Positions 21,208 through 29,102 of a stretch of DNA of 44,262 nucleotides are shown in pieces. The notes below the pieces were generated by a model that saw only the letters and a program-made list of their open reading frames with translations, did no database searches and was not told the origin of the DNA. How positions within the stretch are numbered: position 1 is the first letter of the stretch; each line of letters starts with the position of its first letter. A program made the position numbers and the translations under genes. Source of the stretch: Pseudonocardiaceae bacterium (GTDB lineage: Bacteria; Actinomycetota; Actinomycetes; Mycobacteriales; Pseudonocardiaceae); contig DASQVB010000492.1 in NCBI GenBank assembly GCA_035640975.1, forward strand, positions 1 through 44,262, read 5' to 3'.

Positions 21208-21435
21208 ATGCCAACCGAGAACACCCCTACCACCCTTGACGAGGCGAAACGTCAGATCTCAAACGCGGTCTACGCGGCAACGTCCCTTGTTGAGAGACTT
21301 GAGCACGCCGGGCTGCTGCACGGCAACGGCCATCACATACGGCAAGAACTCGCGGCGCACGCGGCCACTGTTGTAGCCGAGCGCTGGACGGAAGACGTGA
21401 AGGCGTCCTGCACCAGCACGCCGGATAACGGGTGA
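21208..21435 (+). CDS. hypothetical protein (75 aa)
   Basis: The track ORF starts at TTG 21175, only 5 nt after the -10. ATG 21208 with an SD is preferred. Confidence 0.5.
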   Translation: MPTENTPTTLDEAKRQISNAVYAATSLVERLEHAGLLHGNGHHIRQELAAHAATVVAERWTEDVKASCTSTPDNG

Positions 21436-21436
21436 T

Positions 21437-21853
21437 ATGACAATGCCACCGATCACCCCCTCAGACGCGGCCCTCGCTGTCCAGGAGGCCACGCCCTGCA
21501 CCGATGGCCGGGAGCATCCGCGGCCATGGGTGCCACAGCTGGACGAGAATGATCGAGAGTGTCTCGGCCTCGTGCTGTTGACGGTGCGCGAGTACGCCGA
21601 CGATATCGGTGTAGCCAACTTTCACGTGGCCCCGATGGGCGAGCTGGCTGCAGCGCTCGACGCCGCGGCTCGCGGGATCAACTACGTGCCGGCCTTCACG
21701 CCCGACGAGCTGGACCTGATCGCCACGGCCATGGCCTGTCTCGCCAGCCTGATCGAAGGCTTGGGCGATCCCGGCAGCGTGAAGGCCCTGCGCGCGGTGC
21801 GCCTGAAGGCCGCCACGCTGGCGTTGAGGCAGGGCGGCGGCGACCGTGGCTGA
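21437..21853 (+). CDS. hypothetical protein (138 aa)
   Basis: Track ORF. Confidence 0.55.
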   Translation: MTMPPITPSDAALAVQEATPCTDGREHPRPWVPQLDENDRECLGLVLLTVREYADDIGVANFHVAPMGELAAALDAAARGINYVPAFTPDELDLIATAMACLASLIEGLGDPGSVKALRAVRLKAATLALRQGGGDRG

Positions 21854-22052
21854 CACGCTCGACATCTACGGCAAGGCCGAAGTGGCCGAGCTGCTGGGTC
21901 TAAGCCGCGAGCGGGTGCGCCAGTTGCAGCACGGCCGGCGTGGCAAGCCGCCCACGGGGGATTTCCCCAAGCCCGACAGGATGCTGGCTTGTGGCCCGAT
22001 CTGGGATGGACCCAGGATGCGGGCGTACGCGGCGCAGCGAAAGGGGACGTAA
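21846..22052 (+). CDS. small HTH DNA-binding protein
   Basis: GTG start overlapping the upstream stop. IYGKAEVAELLGLSRERVRQL is an HTH pattern. Confidence 0.5.
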   Translation: MADTLDIYGKAEVAELLGLSRERVRQLQHGRRGKPPTGDFPKPDRMLACGPIWDGPRMRAYAAQRKGT

Positions 22053-22297
22053 TGCCAGTTATCGAGCGGTACCCATGTGACCCATGTGACGCCACAGGGA
22101 AGGTCGGAATCGGCGGGGAACTGATCGACTGCGAGCCGTGTGACGGCACCGGCATCACGGCTATCGACTGCCCCGGGTGCGGTCAGCGGGCGGTCCCGAT
22201 TCACGAAACGGTGTTTGTGGCCGCGATTTCGCGTATCTACTGCGAGCCGTGTGGCGATCGGGAACTGGAACGCATCGCGGCGCGGCGCGCTCGATAA
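22052..22297 (+). CDS. DnaJ-type cysteine-rich zinc-finger-like protein (81 aa)
   Basis: Trimmed to ATG 22052 (TAATG overlap). Motifs CDPCDATG, CEPCDGTG (CxxCxGxG), CPGCG and CEPCG. Confidence 0.5.
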   Translation: MPVIERYPCDPCDATGKVGIGGELIDCEPCDGTGITAIDCPGCGQRAVPIHETVFVAAISRIYCEPCGDRELERIAARRAR

Positions 22298-22313
22298 CGG
22301 GAGTTAGGTAGAA

Positions 22314-22535
22314 CTATGGCCTCGGCAGGAGTGTTAGCTGCTCCTCGCCGGGGCTCACGTCCTTCCCGTCCAGGCCTAAGCGCTTCGCACACTGAACGCA
22401 GTGCAAGCCGGCGGGGCTGGCCACCATCGTGGACTTCACGCACCTACGCGGCTCACGCAACGTGCAGTCCGACGACACGCAGACAGCAAATTCGGTCTCG
22501 CGCCACGGCGGACGCCACGAGTCGTCATAGCGCAC
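22314..22535 (-). CDS. hypothetical Cys-containing protein (73 aa), GTG start
   Basis: Track ORF 22314..22613 trimmed to GTG 22535, overlapping the upstream stop region. Last gene of the leftward block. Confidence 0.4.
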   Translation of the reverse strand: MRYDDSWRPPWRETEFAVCVSSDCTLREPRRCVKSTMVASPAGLHCVQCAKRLGLDGKDVSPGEEQLTLLPRP

Positions 22536-22767
22536 GGGCCACACTCCAGAAGTCGCGGTTGGCGACGAAAGCCTCGTACTCAAGCTCAAGGCGTAGGCGG
22601 GACACTTCCTCACGCTCGGCGATCAGCAGGCACTGCACCGCGTGAAGCTGGCCTCGCAACATCTCAAGCTCGTCGCCGGGACTCTCAAGTGGCACGGGTG
22701 GCCCGAGGCTGGACGGGTGGCAGTCAGGGCAGGCGTTATCACAGATGCCGTGCGGGCAGCGGATCAT
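22525..22767 (-). CDS. hypothetical protein (80 aa), N-terminal Cys/His cluster plus coiled coil
   Basis: Trimmed to ATG 22767 (ATGA overlap). Sequence begins MIRCPHGICDNACPDCH... Confidence 0.5.
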   Translation of the reverse strand: MIRCPHGICDNACPDCHPSSLGPPVPLESPGDELEMLRGQLHAVQCLLIAEREEVSRLRLELEYEAFVANRDFWSVARAL

Positions 22768-23507
22768 GGGTTGGCCTGGCACCATCTCACGGCACGCGCG
22801 ATCAGCTCGCCGTACTGCGGGTCAAGGCTGGCCAGCCACAGCTTGAACTGCGGTGACGTGTCGATGCGGCGCTTCAGGTCATGCGCGTAGGCGCGGCGCT
22901 TCTCGTCGCCGTCATGCAGGTGGCGGAACTTCTCAAGCGTCAACTCGTCCTTCAGGATGTCGGGAATGTCGTTGGCCTTGTAGCGACCCTTGCCGCCTTC
23001 CGGCCAGCGCTTGCCGTACTTCTCGCGGTAAGGGAAGGCAGCGGCGCCTTCGATGGCCTCAAGCACTGCCGCTGAGGCACGCTGCTGCGCAGTCTGGACA
23101 GCAGCGGCGCGCTTGTCCTTGTCCGGGTTGGCGAGCTCCGGATCGGGGTCGGCATCTGCCAGGCGTTTGATCGTCTTACGCACGAGGTCGGCACGTTTGC
23201 CATCGAGGGGGATCTCGCATGATGATCTCGGGCCGCGACACGCTTGCTTCCAACGCTGAAGGATTGGCTCCACGAGATCATCGGGGGTGGCTTGGCGATT
23301 CCACTTGCTGATCTGCCCTTTCAGGCCAGCGATTCGTGCACGGTCGGTCGCATGCTCGTCTTCGGCTAGTCGCAGCTCGCGCGTGAGGTGTGCGTTCTGG
23401 GATTCGATGCGCAGCAAGCGCGCTTCAAGCACGTCACGGGGGATGGCGGACAGGTCCTCAACTACCTCCCCGCCTTCGATGACGCGAAGCTTGGCTACGT
23501 CGCCCAC
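22764..23507 (-). CDS. hypothetical protein (247 aa)
   Basis: Track ORF 22764..23696 trimmed to GTG 23507 (SD AGGGG). The upstream part overprints gene 23495..23881. Confidence 0.5.
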   Translation of the reverse strand: MGDVAKLRVIEGGEVVEDLSAIPRDVLEARLLRIESQNAHLTRELRLAEDEHATDRARIAGLKGQISKWNRQATPDDLVEPILQRWKQACRGPRSSCEIPLDGKRADLVRKTIKRLADADPDPELANPDKDKRAAAVQTAQQRASAAVLEAIEGAAAFPYREKYGKRWPEGGKGRYKANDIPDILKDELTLEKFRHLHDGDEKRRAYAHDLKRRIDTSPQFKLWLASLDPQYGELIARAVRWCQANP

Positions 23508-23881
23508 GCTTCGCCCCTGTCGATCGGTGCCACGTTGTTCGCGGGCGGCGCCGCGTGTACGGACTTGGCCATGCGTGGAAAGAGCTTGCGATCCAATCCG
23601 CGCAGCTCCTCGATGACACGGCGCTCGATGTACTGCTGCTCGTGTGCCTTCAGGGCCTTCTTGGGTGTCTTGTAGTCCGCCAGGCCGCACAGCCACATGG
23701 CTTGCCGGGCCGCGAACTCCAACGCGAGCGCTCCCTGGACGCCGAGCTCGCGCACGATGCGGGTCAGGGCCTCGCGCTGGCGGTCTGACTCGATGTGGTC
23801 AAGCTGCGTCCACGCCGCGGCCCAGCCGATCAGGCCCGATGCCGGGCGCGGGTGCTTCAGGGTCAGGGGTCTTGCGGCCAT
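23495..23881 (-). CDS. hypothetical protein (128 aa)
   Basis: ATG 23881 preceded by the recurrent SD GAAAGGACCAC. Confidence 0.55.
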   Translation of the reverse strand: MAARPLTLKHPRPASGLIGWAAAWTQLDHIESDRQREALTRIVRELGVQGALALEFAARQAMWLCGLADYKTPKKALKAHEQQYIERRVIEELRGLDRKLFPRMAKSVHAAPPANNVAPIDRGEAWAT

Positions 23882-24209
23882 TGTGGTCCTTTCGATCCGG
23901 CTTGATCTCTGCCACGGCGCTCTCTGCCAGGGCTGTGAGGATGTCCGTCTGCCCCGGCGTCGGGGGTGCGGGTGTGGCGAGCTTCGTGGCGCACTTCTCG
24001 GCCACCTTGGCGGGCACCGTGCCCTGGGCGAGCGCGCGGGCCTCGGCCTCGCTGATGTACAGGCGCACGCCTATACCGTCCCTCGTGGGGCGGCGTGCCA
24101 GTTCTGTAGGGGATATGTAGGCACTCTCGCCGCGTCTGCAGCGCAGCATCCCCTCCAGCGAGGTTCCACAGCGCTTGCGTCGACAGACCGGCCAGGCACG
24201 GCCGGTCAC
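23799..24209 (-). CDS. hypothetical protein (136 aa); 3' end overlaps the next gene by 83 nt
   Basis: GTG start. N-terminal C..C...C cluster and an HTH-like AYISPTELARRPTRDGIGVRLYISEAEARAL segment. Confidence 0.45.
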   Translation of the reverse strand: MTGRAWPVCRRKRCGTSLEGMLRCRRGESAYISPTELARRPTRDGIGVRLYISEAEARALAQGTVPAKVAEKCATKLATPAPPTPGQTDILTALAESAVAEIKPDRKDHNGRKTPDPEAPAPGIGPDRLGRGVDAA

Positions 24210-24245
24210 GGTCCCGGGAGTCGCTGTAAGAGCGCGTGCGTCATG

Positions 24246-24473
24246 TCACCAGGCCCCCGCAGGGATCGCCAGGCCCGCCCTGCGGCAGACCTCCTCGTAC
24301 TCGGACAGGTCGCGGATGCCGCGACGCACGTCTGCGATGAACTCGTGGAGGGTGTCGATCTCGTCGATCAGGGCCTCGTTGTCGCGGATGGCCATCCGGT
24401 GGGCCTCCTGCTTGCGGCAACGCTCGGCGCGCACGAGCCAAGTCCGGTCTTGCATCTGGTCCTTCAGTGCCAT
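24246..24473 (-). CDS. hypothetical protein (75 aa)
   Basis: SD GGGAGG upstream of ATG 24473. Confidence 0.55.
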   Translation of the reverse strand: MALKDQMQDRTWLVRAERCRKQEAHRMAIRDNEALIDEIDTLHEFIADVRRGIRDLSEYEEVCRRAGLAIPAGAW

Positions 24474-24657
24474 CTGACCTTACCTCCCGTCATCATGTGG
24501 CCCATGCCCATACATCTGCTTGCCCTCATCGTCGGGGCCACGACGGTCACCCTGAACGGCGTGCTGCTGCTGGCCCTGCTCCTGCTGATCCTGCTCGTGA
24601 TCCTGCGCTTGGCGGGCATCTTGTAGGTCAGACCGGTGTAGTTCTGCCCCGGTGCGT

Positions 24658-24741
24658 TCACGGCGTCGGTGATGCCCAGACGGCCAACGCTGCCGCCGCG
24701 ACGGCCGCGGCGACGCTAGTGATGATCTTCCATGTCTTCAT
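24658..24741 (-). CDS. 27-aa hydrophobic peptide (MKTWKIITSVAAAVAAAALAVWASPTP)
   Basis: Strong SD AAGGAGAGG 6 nt upstream of ATG 24741. Below the track cutoff; it is the 3' end of track ORF 24658..24981. Confidence 0.4.
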   Translation of the reverse strand: MKTWKIITSVAAAVAAAALAVWASPTP

Positions 24742-24761
24742 TCGATCCTCTCCTTGTTCGC

Positions 24762-24956
24762 TCATGACTGGTACGGGCTCATGTCGCGCGGCACGGCGAC
24801 GAGCTCGCCGGCACACTCGCGGCGACAGCGGCACGCCTCGCTGAAATCCAGGGTTTCGAGGATCGTGGCGTCGTCCTTGACGACGGTGTAGACGCTGTAG
24901 ATGGTGGGGAGATGGCTCATGGTGACGTAGCGCTTCTTCGTGGCGGTCCGGGGCAT
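24762..24956 (-). CDS. hypothetical protein (64 aa)
   Basis: SD AAGGAGAG 9 nt upstream of ATG 24956. Confidence 0.5.
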   Translation of the reverse strand: MPRTATKKRYVTMSHLPTIYSVYTVVKDDATILETLDFSEACRCRRECAGELVAVPRDMSPYQS

Positions 24957-25001
24957 TCTGTACGCTCTCCTTGTGGTTCAACGTGGCGGTTGACCATTCC
25001 A

Positions 25002-25027
25002 GCGGGCCGTCCTTCGGGGCGGCCCGC
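25002..25027 (-). other. GC hairpin (8-bp stem, 10-nt loop) downstream of the RusA gene
   Basis: GCGGGCCG / CGGCCCGC read directly. No U-tract follows. Confidence 0.4.
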
Positions 25028-25034
25028 GACAGTT

Positions 25035-25478
25035 CTAGGGCAGTAGTCGGACATCGATCTCAGTGCGCGGCCACTCGCCTGAGTTGATCCAGTGACGTGC
25101 GACATAGGCGGTGCAGAACCGCACATCATCCCGCCAGGCGCGGGTGTTCAACGCGTCGCACAGCAGCTTGATCGCGTTGTCCACGTCGGGCTTGGTCTTC
25201 AGGGGCCAGGGGGTGCGCAACCCTTCGGCGGACAGCGATCCATCACGCCTGAAGTGGCCAGCGGGCCGCGCCACCCGGAGCACCATGTGCAAGGCCAACG
25301 GCCCGTCCACCATCCTAGGTGCGCCTGCCTGCAGCCATACGCGGCGGATTTCGTCCTCCGCGAGCTTCTGTGGCTTGCCGGCGTAGGCGCGGCCGTTGGC
25401 GAAGCGGGGACGCGGCTGGCCCTTGGGGCGACCGTCGATCACGAGCGCGAAGGCGTCGACCTCAACGTGGTCGGTCAC
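25035..25478 (-). CDS. rusA: RusA-family Holliday-junction resolvase
   Basis: Trimmed to GTG 25478 (GTGA overlap). VIDGRPKGQPRPRF ... KPDVDNAIKLLCDALN ... match RusA hallmarks. Confidence 0.75.
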   Translation of the reverse strand: MTDHVEVDAFALVIDGRPKGQPRPRFANGRAYAGKPQKLAEDEIRRVWLQAGAPRMVDGPLALHMVLRVARPAGHFRRDGSLSAEGLRTPWPLKTKPDVDNAIKLLCDALNTRAWRDDVRFCTAYVARHWINSGEWPRTEIDVRLLP

Positions 25479-25783
25479 GACCTCGCCGCCCCGTAGTGCT
25501 TGTCCACGTACCACTCCATCCCGATCTCCTTCATGAGTGCCACGAACCCCGGCGGCAGCATGTTCGGCGGGATGCGCAGACGCTTGGAGCTGTCGAGCAT
25601 GCCGTGGTGACCACCGATCCCGGTCGGGCCGCCGCAGCACCACACCCACGAACGCGAATCGTGGCGACGGCGAGCATGACCCTCACGCTCAAGAACCTGC
25701 TGCTTGACGAGGTGTGCGCGGATCAGGCTCCCGTCGCACGGACCGGCGTCAGGGAACGTCCGAAAGAAGCACTGTGGTTTCAT
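25475..25783 (-). CDS. hypothetical protein (102 aa)
   Basis: Track ORF with ATGA overlaps on both sides. Confidence 0.55.
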   Translation of the reverse strand: MKPQCFFRTFPDAGPCDGSLIRAHLVKQQVLEREGHARRRHDSRSWVWCCGGPTGIGGHHGMLDSSKRLRIPPNMLPPGFVALMKEIGMEWYVDKHYGAARS

Positions 25784-25986
25784 GCCGCGGCCAGGTTGCC
25801 GTCCGCGTCCTCGTTCGCCGCGTCGAAGCGATCGAGGTACGAGTCCCAGGCGTCGAGCACGTCCGGGACCCGCGCGGGATCCGTGACCTGAAAGCCGCGG
25901 CTGCCCGTGCTGTCGGTCAGGACGATCTGGGAGGGGCCCCGCACCATCAAAAAGTCGAAGGTGCGGCGGGACTCGGGCGCCGTCAT
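25780..25986 (-). CDS. hypothetical protein (68 aa)
   Basis: C-terminal part of track ORF 25780..26394. ATG 25986 overlaps the upstream stop (ATGA). Confidence 0.45.
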   Translation of the reverse strand: MTAPESRRTFDFLMVRGPSQIVLTDSTGSRGFQVTDPARVPDVLDAWDSYLDRFDAANEDADGNLAAA

Positions 25987-26333
25987 CGCGTGCGCGGGTC
26001 GACGGGGAGCGCGTCGAGCTCCAGCGCCAGGCGACGACGCTGGCGTGGCGTCAACGTGCGCAGCGGGCGACGGTGGCGCTGGATGTCCGCACGGTACAAA
26101 AGCTCCTCGGCGCGGATGTCGCCCATTGATCTGATCGCGGTCACGAGGCGCCAGATCGGCAGCGTCCCGAGTGGTCCATCGAGGTCGCCGTGGTGTAGCA
26201 GCCTGGCGACCTTGGTGGTGCCTTTCGCGTAGCTGAGCCGGCGGATGTTCTTGCAGGTCCGCGCGTTCGTGATGCGGACGTGGTTGGCGATGGCGCGTGC
26301 GGCGTCGCGCTGCTGCGTGGCGGTCGATTCCAT
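25983..26333 (-). CDS. actinobacterial IHF (mIHF)-like DNA-binding protein (putative)
   Basis: Trimmed to ATG 26333 (SD AAAGGA). PIWRLVTAIRSMGDIRAEELLYRADIQRHRRPLRTLTPRQRRRLALEL follows the mIHF pattern (V..LL.ALP.VGK.KA.E.....I...RR.R.L...QR..L). Confidence 0.45.
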   Translation of the reverse strand: MESTATQQRDAARAIANHVRITNARTCKNIRRLSYAKGTTKVARLLHHGDLDGPLGTLPIWRLVTAIRSMGDIRAEELLYRADIQRHRRPLRTLTPRQRRRLALELDALPVDPRTR

Positions 26334-26344
26334 GTGGTCCTTTC

Positions 26345-26539
26345 TCAGTGCTCGGTGAGACGCCCGAGCGCGCTTGACAGCTTGAGTTTCGCATCCATGA
26401 GCGTGTGCGCCAACTGCCAATGCGGCCAGTCGGGCGGGGGCTTCTTGGCGTCAGGTCCTGCGGGGAGAAGGTCGTCGAGCACGTAGGTCACGGCGTTGCG
26501 GGCCTCCTCGATGAGTTCGGTGTGGAGCTTCGTGGCCAT
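26345..26539 (-). CDS. hypothetical protein (64 aa)
   Basis: Trimmed to ATG 26539, just after the upstream stop at 26542. Confidence 0.5.
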   Translation of the reverse strand: MATKLHTELIEEARNAVTYVLDDLLPAGPDAKKPPPDWPHWQLAHTLMDAKLKLSSALGRLTEH

Positions 26540-26541
26540 GG

Positions 26542-26793
26542 TCACGACATGATCCCCTTGGCCAGCAGCACCACGCCGACGCCCACGGCGGTCCTCGCCA
26601 GCCACGACGTGCCCTCCGGGTTGCCGGAGATCAGCATCCCGCCAGCCGCGATGATGGCCAACGCCCCCGCAGGGATCGCCAGATAGATCACGTACGTGGC
26701 GAGAGTGTCCAGGAACTCGGACACCTCGGCGAAGCCGTTACGGCCACTGGTGCCCCCAGCGGCGGTTCTTAGTGCAGCAATGGTGGCGGTCAT
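26542..26793 (-). CDS. two-TM small membrane protein with TrbC/VirB2-pilin-like architecture
   Basis: 83 aa: a short polar lead, then FLDTLATYVIYLAIPAGALAIIAAGGMLISGNPEG, a loop, and TAVGVGVVLLAKGIMS. The similarity is architectural only. Confidence 0.4.
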   Translation of the reverse strand: MTATIAALRTAAGGTSGRNGFAEVSEFLDTLATYVIYLAIPAGALAIIAAGGMLISGNPEGTSWLARTAVGVGVVLLAKGIMS

Positions 26794-27833
26794 GTTGTGG
26801 CGGTCTCCTTGATCTTGAACTCCCGGCCACCCCCGGGCTTCTCGTGCCAGCCCAGCAGGCCACCAGGGGCGGGGATGTAGCGTGGCTCATCAGCGCTCTC
26901 GTGAAACGCCTTGAGGCTCCGGCGCTGCTGCTCGGCCAGTGCCTTTACCACCACCCAACGTGTCGCTTCGGCGGTGGCATCCTCGATGGTGGACAGCACT
27001 CCCGTCCCACGCGCTTCAGCCGGAATCGGGCAAGCACGAACCATCGGGCAATGCGAGCAATACCCGGGCCATGGCCGTGGCTCGGGTTCAAGCTGGCCCT
27101 TCATCGAGCGCTCGAAACGCATCGCCAGTAGGCCCAGACGATGCTCGACATGCTCAAGCTCGGCGCGATGAAGCACAGCCTCGCGCACCTCGTTAAGCCG
27201 GGGATAGTACTCGCGCAGCGTCACGCGATCGACGCCCGGCCACTCGGACATGATGAGCAGACCGCCCGTGTCCAACTGAAAGGTCCCGCCGTCACTGAGA
27301 TAGCGGCGGCCGTTGTCGCGCGAGAAGTCGCCATCCTTCGGCGTGGAGGGAATGGCCCAGCCCGTCTTGAAGTCCAGGTAGATGATGCCCTTCGGCGGGT
27401 CGGCCAACAGCACGTCAGGCTTGCCGGTGATCCGGCGTGTGATGCCATCGGGACACGGAACCTCGGCGTACAGGCGCTTCTCGATGGCGAGGATGCGCGC
27501 AGGAGTCCACTCGAAGGACGAGAACATGATGATCAGGATGTGCAGCTCGCGTAGCTGGGAGTCCGACAGGTGCGGGCAGTCGTCGCGGGCCACAACCTCT
27601 CGGCCAATCTCGACGGCCTCCTGAGGGGGCAGCGCTTTCTCGCCCTGTCGCGCCAGTGTGCGCAGACATTCCTCGGCCACCATGTGAAACGCCGTACCGA
27701 GCGCGGCCCACGGGTTAGAGTAATTGTCAAAGGCGCGCGCTTCGTGAACCGCTCGCAGTGGACACTTGTCGTAGCCGCGCAGCGTGGACTGGCGGACCAC
27801 GCCATCGATGAAGGCGCCGTGCTCAGGAGGCAT
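26790..27833 (-). CDS. Cas4/RecB-family PD-(D/E)XK exonuclease with Fe-S cysteines
   Basis: N-terminal Cys (DKCPLRA), GKPDVLL..IIYLDFKTG nuclease core, C-terminal CSHCPMVRAC. The start could be ATG 27833 or ATG 27854. Confidence 0.7.
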   Translation of the reverse strand: MPPEHGAFIDGVVRQSTLRGYDKCPLRAVHEARAFDNYSNPWAALGTAFHMVAEECLRTLARQGEKALPPQEAVEIGREVVARDDCPHLSDSQLRELHILIIMFSSFEWTPARILAIEKRLYAEVPCPDGITRRITGKPDVLLADPPKGIIYLDFKTGWAIPSTPKDGDFSRDNGRRYLSDGGTFQLDTGGLLIMSEWPGVDRVTLREYYPRLNEVREAVLHRAELEHVEHRLGLLAMRFERSMKGQLEPEPRPWPGYCSHCPMVRACPIPAEARGTGVLSTIEDATAEATRWVVVKALAEQQRRSLKAFHESADEPRYIPAPGGLLGWHEKPGGGREFKIKETATT

Positions 27834-28695
27834 CCGGCGTCTTCTCCATGCCATCGAGGTCTGCGTGAGCTACCTGTACCCATGAGCGCACGATGTTCGC
27901 GGGACGGCCGGCGACGAGCATGTGCACGGTCTCGGGATCGGAGAACTGCGCGTGGCCCAGCTTCTGCGCACGTTCGATGACCGCCAGGACCTCTAGTGGC
28001 AGGACCATCGGCTTCGCCTCGGTCTCGGTCTCCTCCGGGATGTCGCCTTCCTCCGGGTCCACCGATCCCGCAACATGGCCATGGTCCAGCGGTTCGCCGA
28101 AATGCTCGATGCCGTGCGTCTCCAGCCACCGCTCGTAACGAGATCGCAGCTCAGCCTGCCCATTGTCGGTGAGGTAGTAGCTCTGTTTCTTCTGCCCGTT
28201 GGGTCCGGGCTTCTCGTAGACCCGGACGTGGCCTCGCTCCACGTAGAGAACCATGGCAGGCAATGCGTAGAGGCTGACCCCCACGCCGAACTTGACGGCA
28301 GCGCGCTTGAAGGCATCCGAGTACAGCGCCTTGAAGGGCATCGCCGAACTGGTGCCCGATGACCATCCCACGTCCGAGCGCGTGATGCCGTCGATCGTGA
28401 TGTCACAGCGCAGCCCGCCGGGAACCTCCTCGAAGTGGTCTGACCACAGCGCAGGGCAGACATGATTCAGGCGGTCGATGGCGGTTCGCGCGGTGATGTA
28501 GGCGGCGCAGTTGGCCCGCTTGCCGTCGCGGCCCTCAAGGATGCGGAACTGTACGGCGTGAGTGGTGAACGGGCGGCGTAGGTCGGGGGCCGCCGAGCGG
28601 AGCGTGACCGGATGACGCGCCGGTGTCTGCCATCTGCCATATGTGATCGTCTTGTCGCGTCCTACGATCGGCTCGGGCGGTGGCGCGTCAGTCAT
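27823..28695 (-). CDS. Rad52/Sak-like single-strand annealing protein
   Basis: Trimmed to ATG 28695 (ATGA overlap, SD AGAGGA). AYITARTAIDRLNHVCPALW and FKALYSDAFKRAAVKFGVGVSLY resemble the Rad52-family core. Confidence 0.6.
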   Translation of the reverse strand: MTDAPPPEPIVGRDKTITYGRWQTPARHPVTLRSAAPDLRRPFTTHAVQFRILEGRDGKRANCAAYITARTAIDRLNHVCPALWSDHFEEVPGGLRCDITIDGITRSDVGWSSGTSSAMPFKALYSDAFKRAAVKFGVGVSLYALPAMVLYVERGHVRVYEKPGPNGQKKQSYYLTDNGQAELRSRYERWLETHGIEHFGEPLDHGHVAGSVDPEEGDIPEETETEAKPMVLPLEVLAVIERAQKLGHAQFSDPETVHMLVAGRPANIVRSWVQVAHADLDGMEKTPDAS

Positions 28696-28889
28696 AGGGT
28701 CCTCTGGTCGGGTAGTCCGCCGCGCCAGCCCGAAGGCTGAGGGTTCGGATGAAGGTCGCTGCGTGGAATCCACCACAGGGGCGGCGCATCGCAATAGAAG
28801 CGCACAGTGCCGTCCGCCATGCCCGCCATGTGATCGGCCCGCAGGGCCAGATCCATGGCCTCCTGCTGGGTGACCTGGCCGCGAGTCAT
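28692..28889 (-). CDS. hypothetical protein (65 aa)
   Basis: Trimmed to ATG 28889 (ATGA overlap). Confidence 0.5.
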   Translation of the reverse strand: MTRGQVTQQEAMDLALRADHMAGMADGTVRFYCDAPPLWWIPRSDLHPNPQPSGWRGGLPDQRTL

Positions 28890-29095
28890 GACATCTCCGC
28901 GTGAAGCTCGTGCCCGCACTGCGGGCACCTGGGGGACAGCAGACCGCGGATGCGGTCCGCACGCGAATCAGGGATCGCGGATTTGCCGTGTGCCCAGCGC
29001 CACACGGTGTTGGCCCTCACTCCGAGCTGTCGGCCGAGCCACTCCTGGGAGCGTCCGCTGACCGCAAGGAGGCGTTCTAGCTCCACGGCTTCCAT
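28886..29095 (-). CDS. Cro/XRE-type HTH regulator with C-terminal CxxC..H tail, leaderless
   Basis: ATG 29095 lies 7 nt after a TACAGT -10. Contains LLAVSGRSQEWLGRQLGVRANTVWRWAHGKSAIP. Confidence 0.6.
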   Translation of the reverse strand: MEAVELERLLAVSGRSQEWLGRQLGVRANTVWRWAHGKSAIPDSRADRIRGLLSPRCPQCGHELHAEMS

Positions 29096-29102
29096 ACCCC
29101 GA

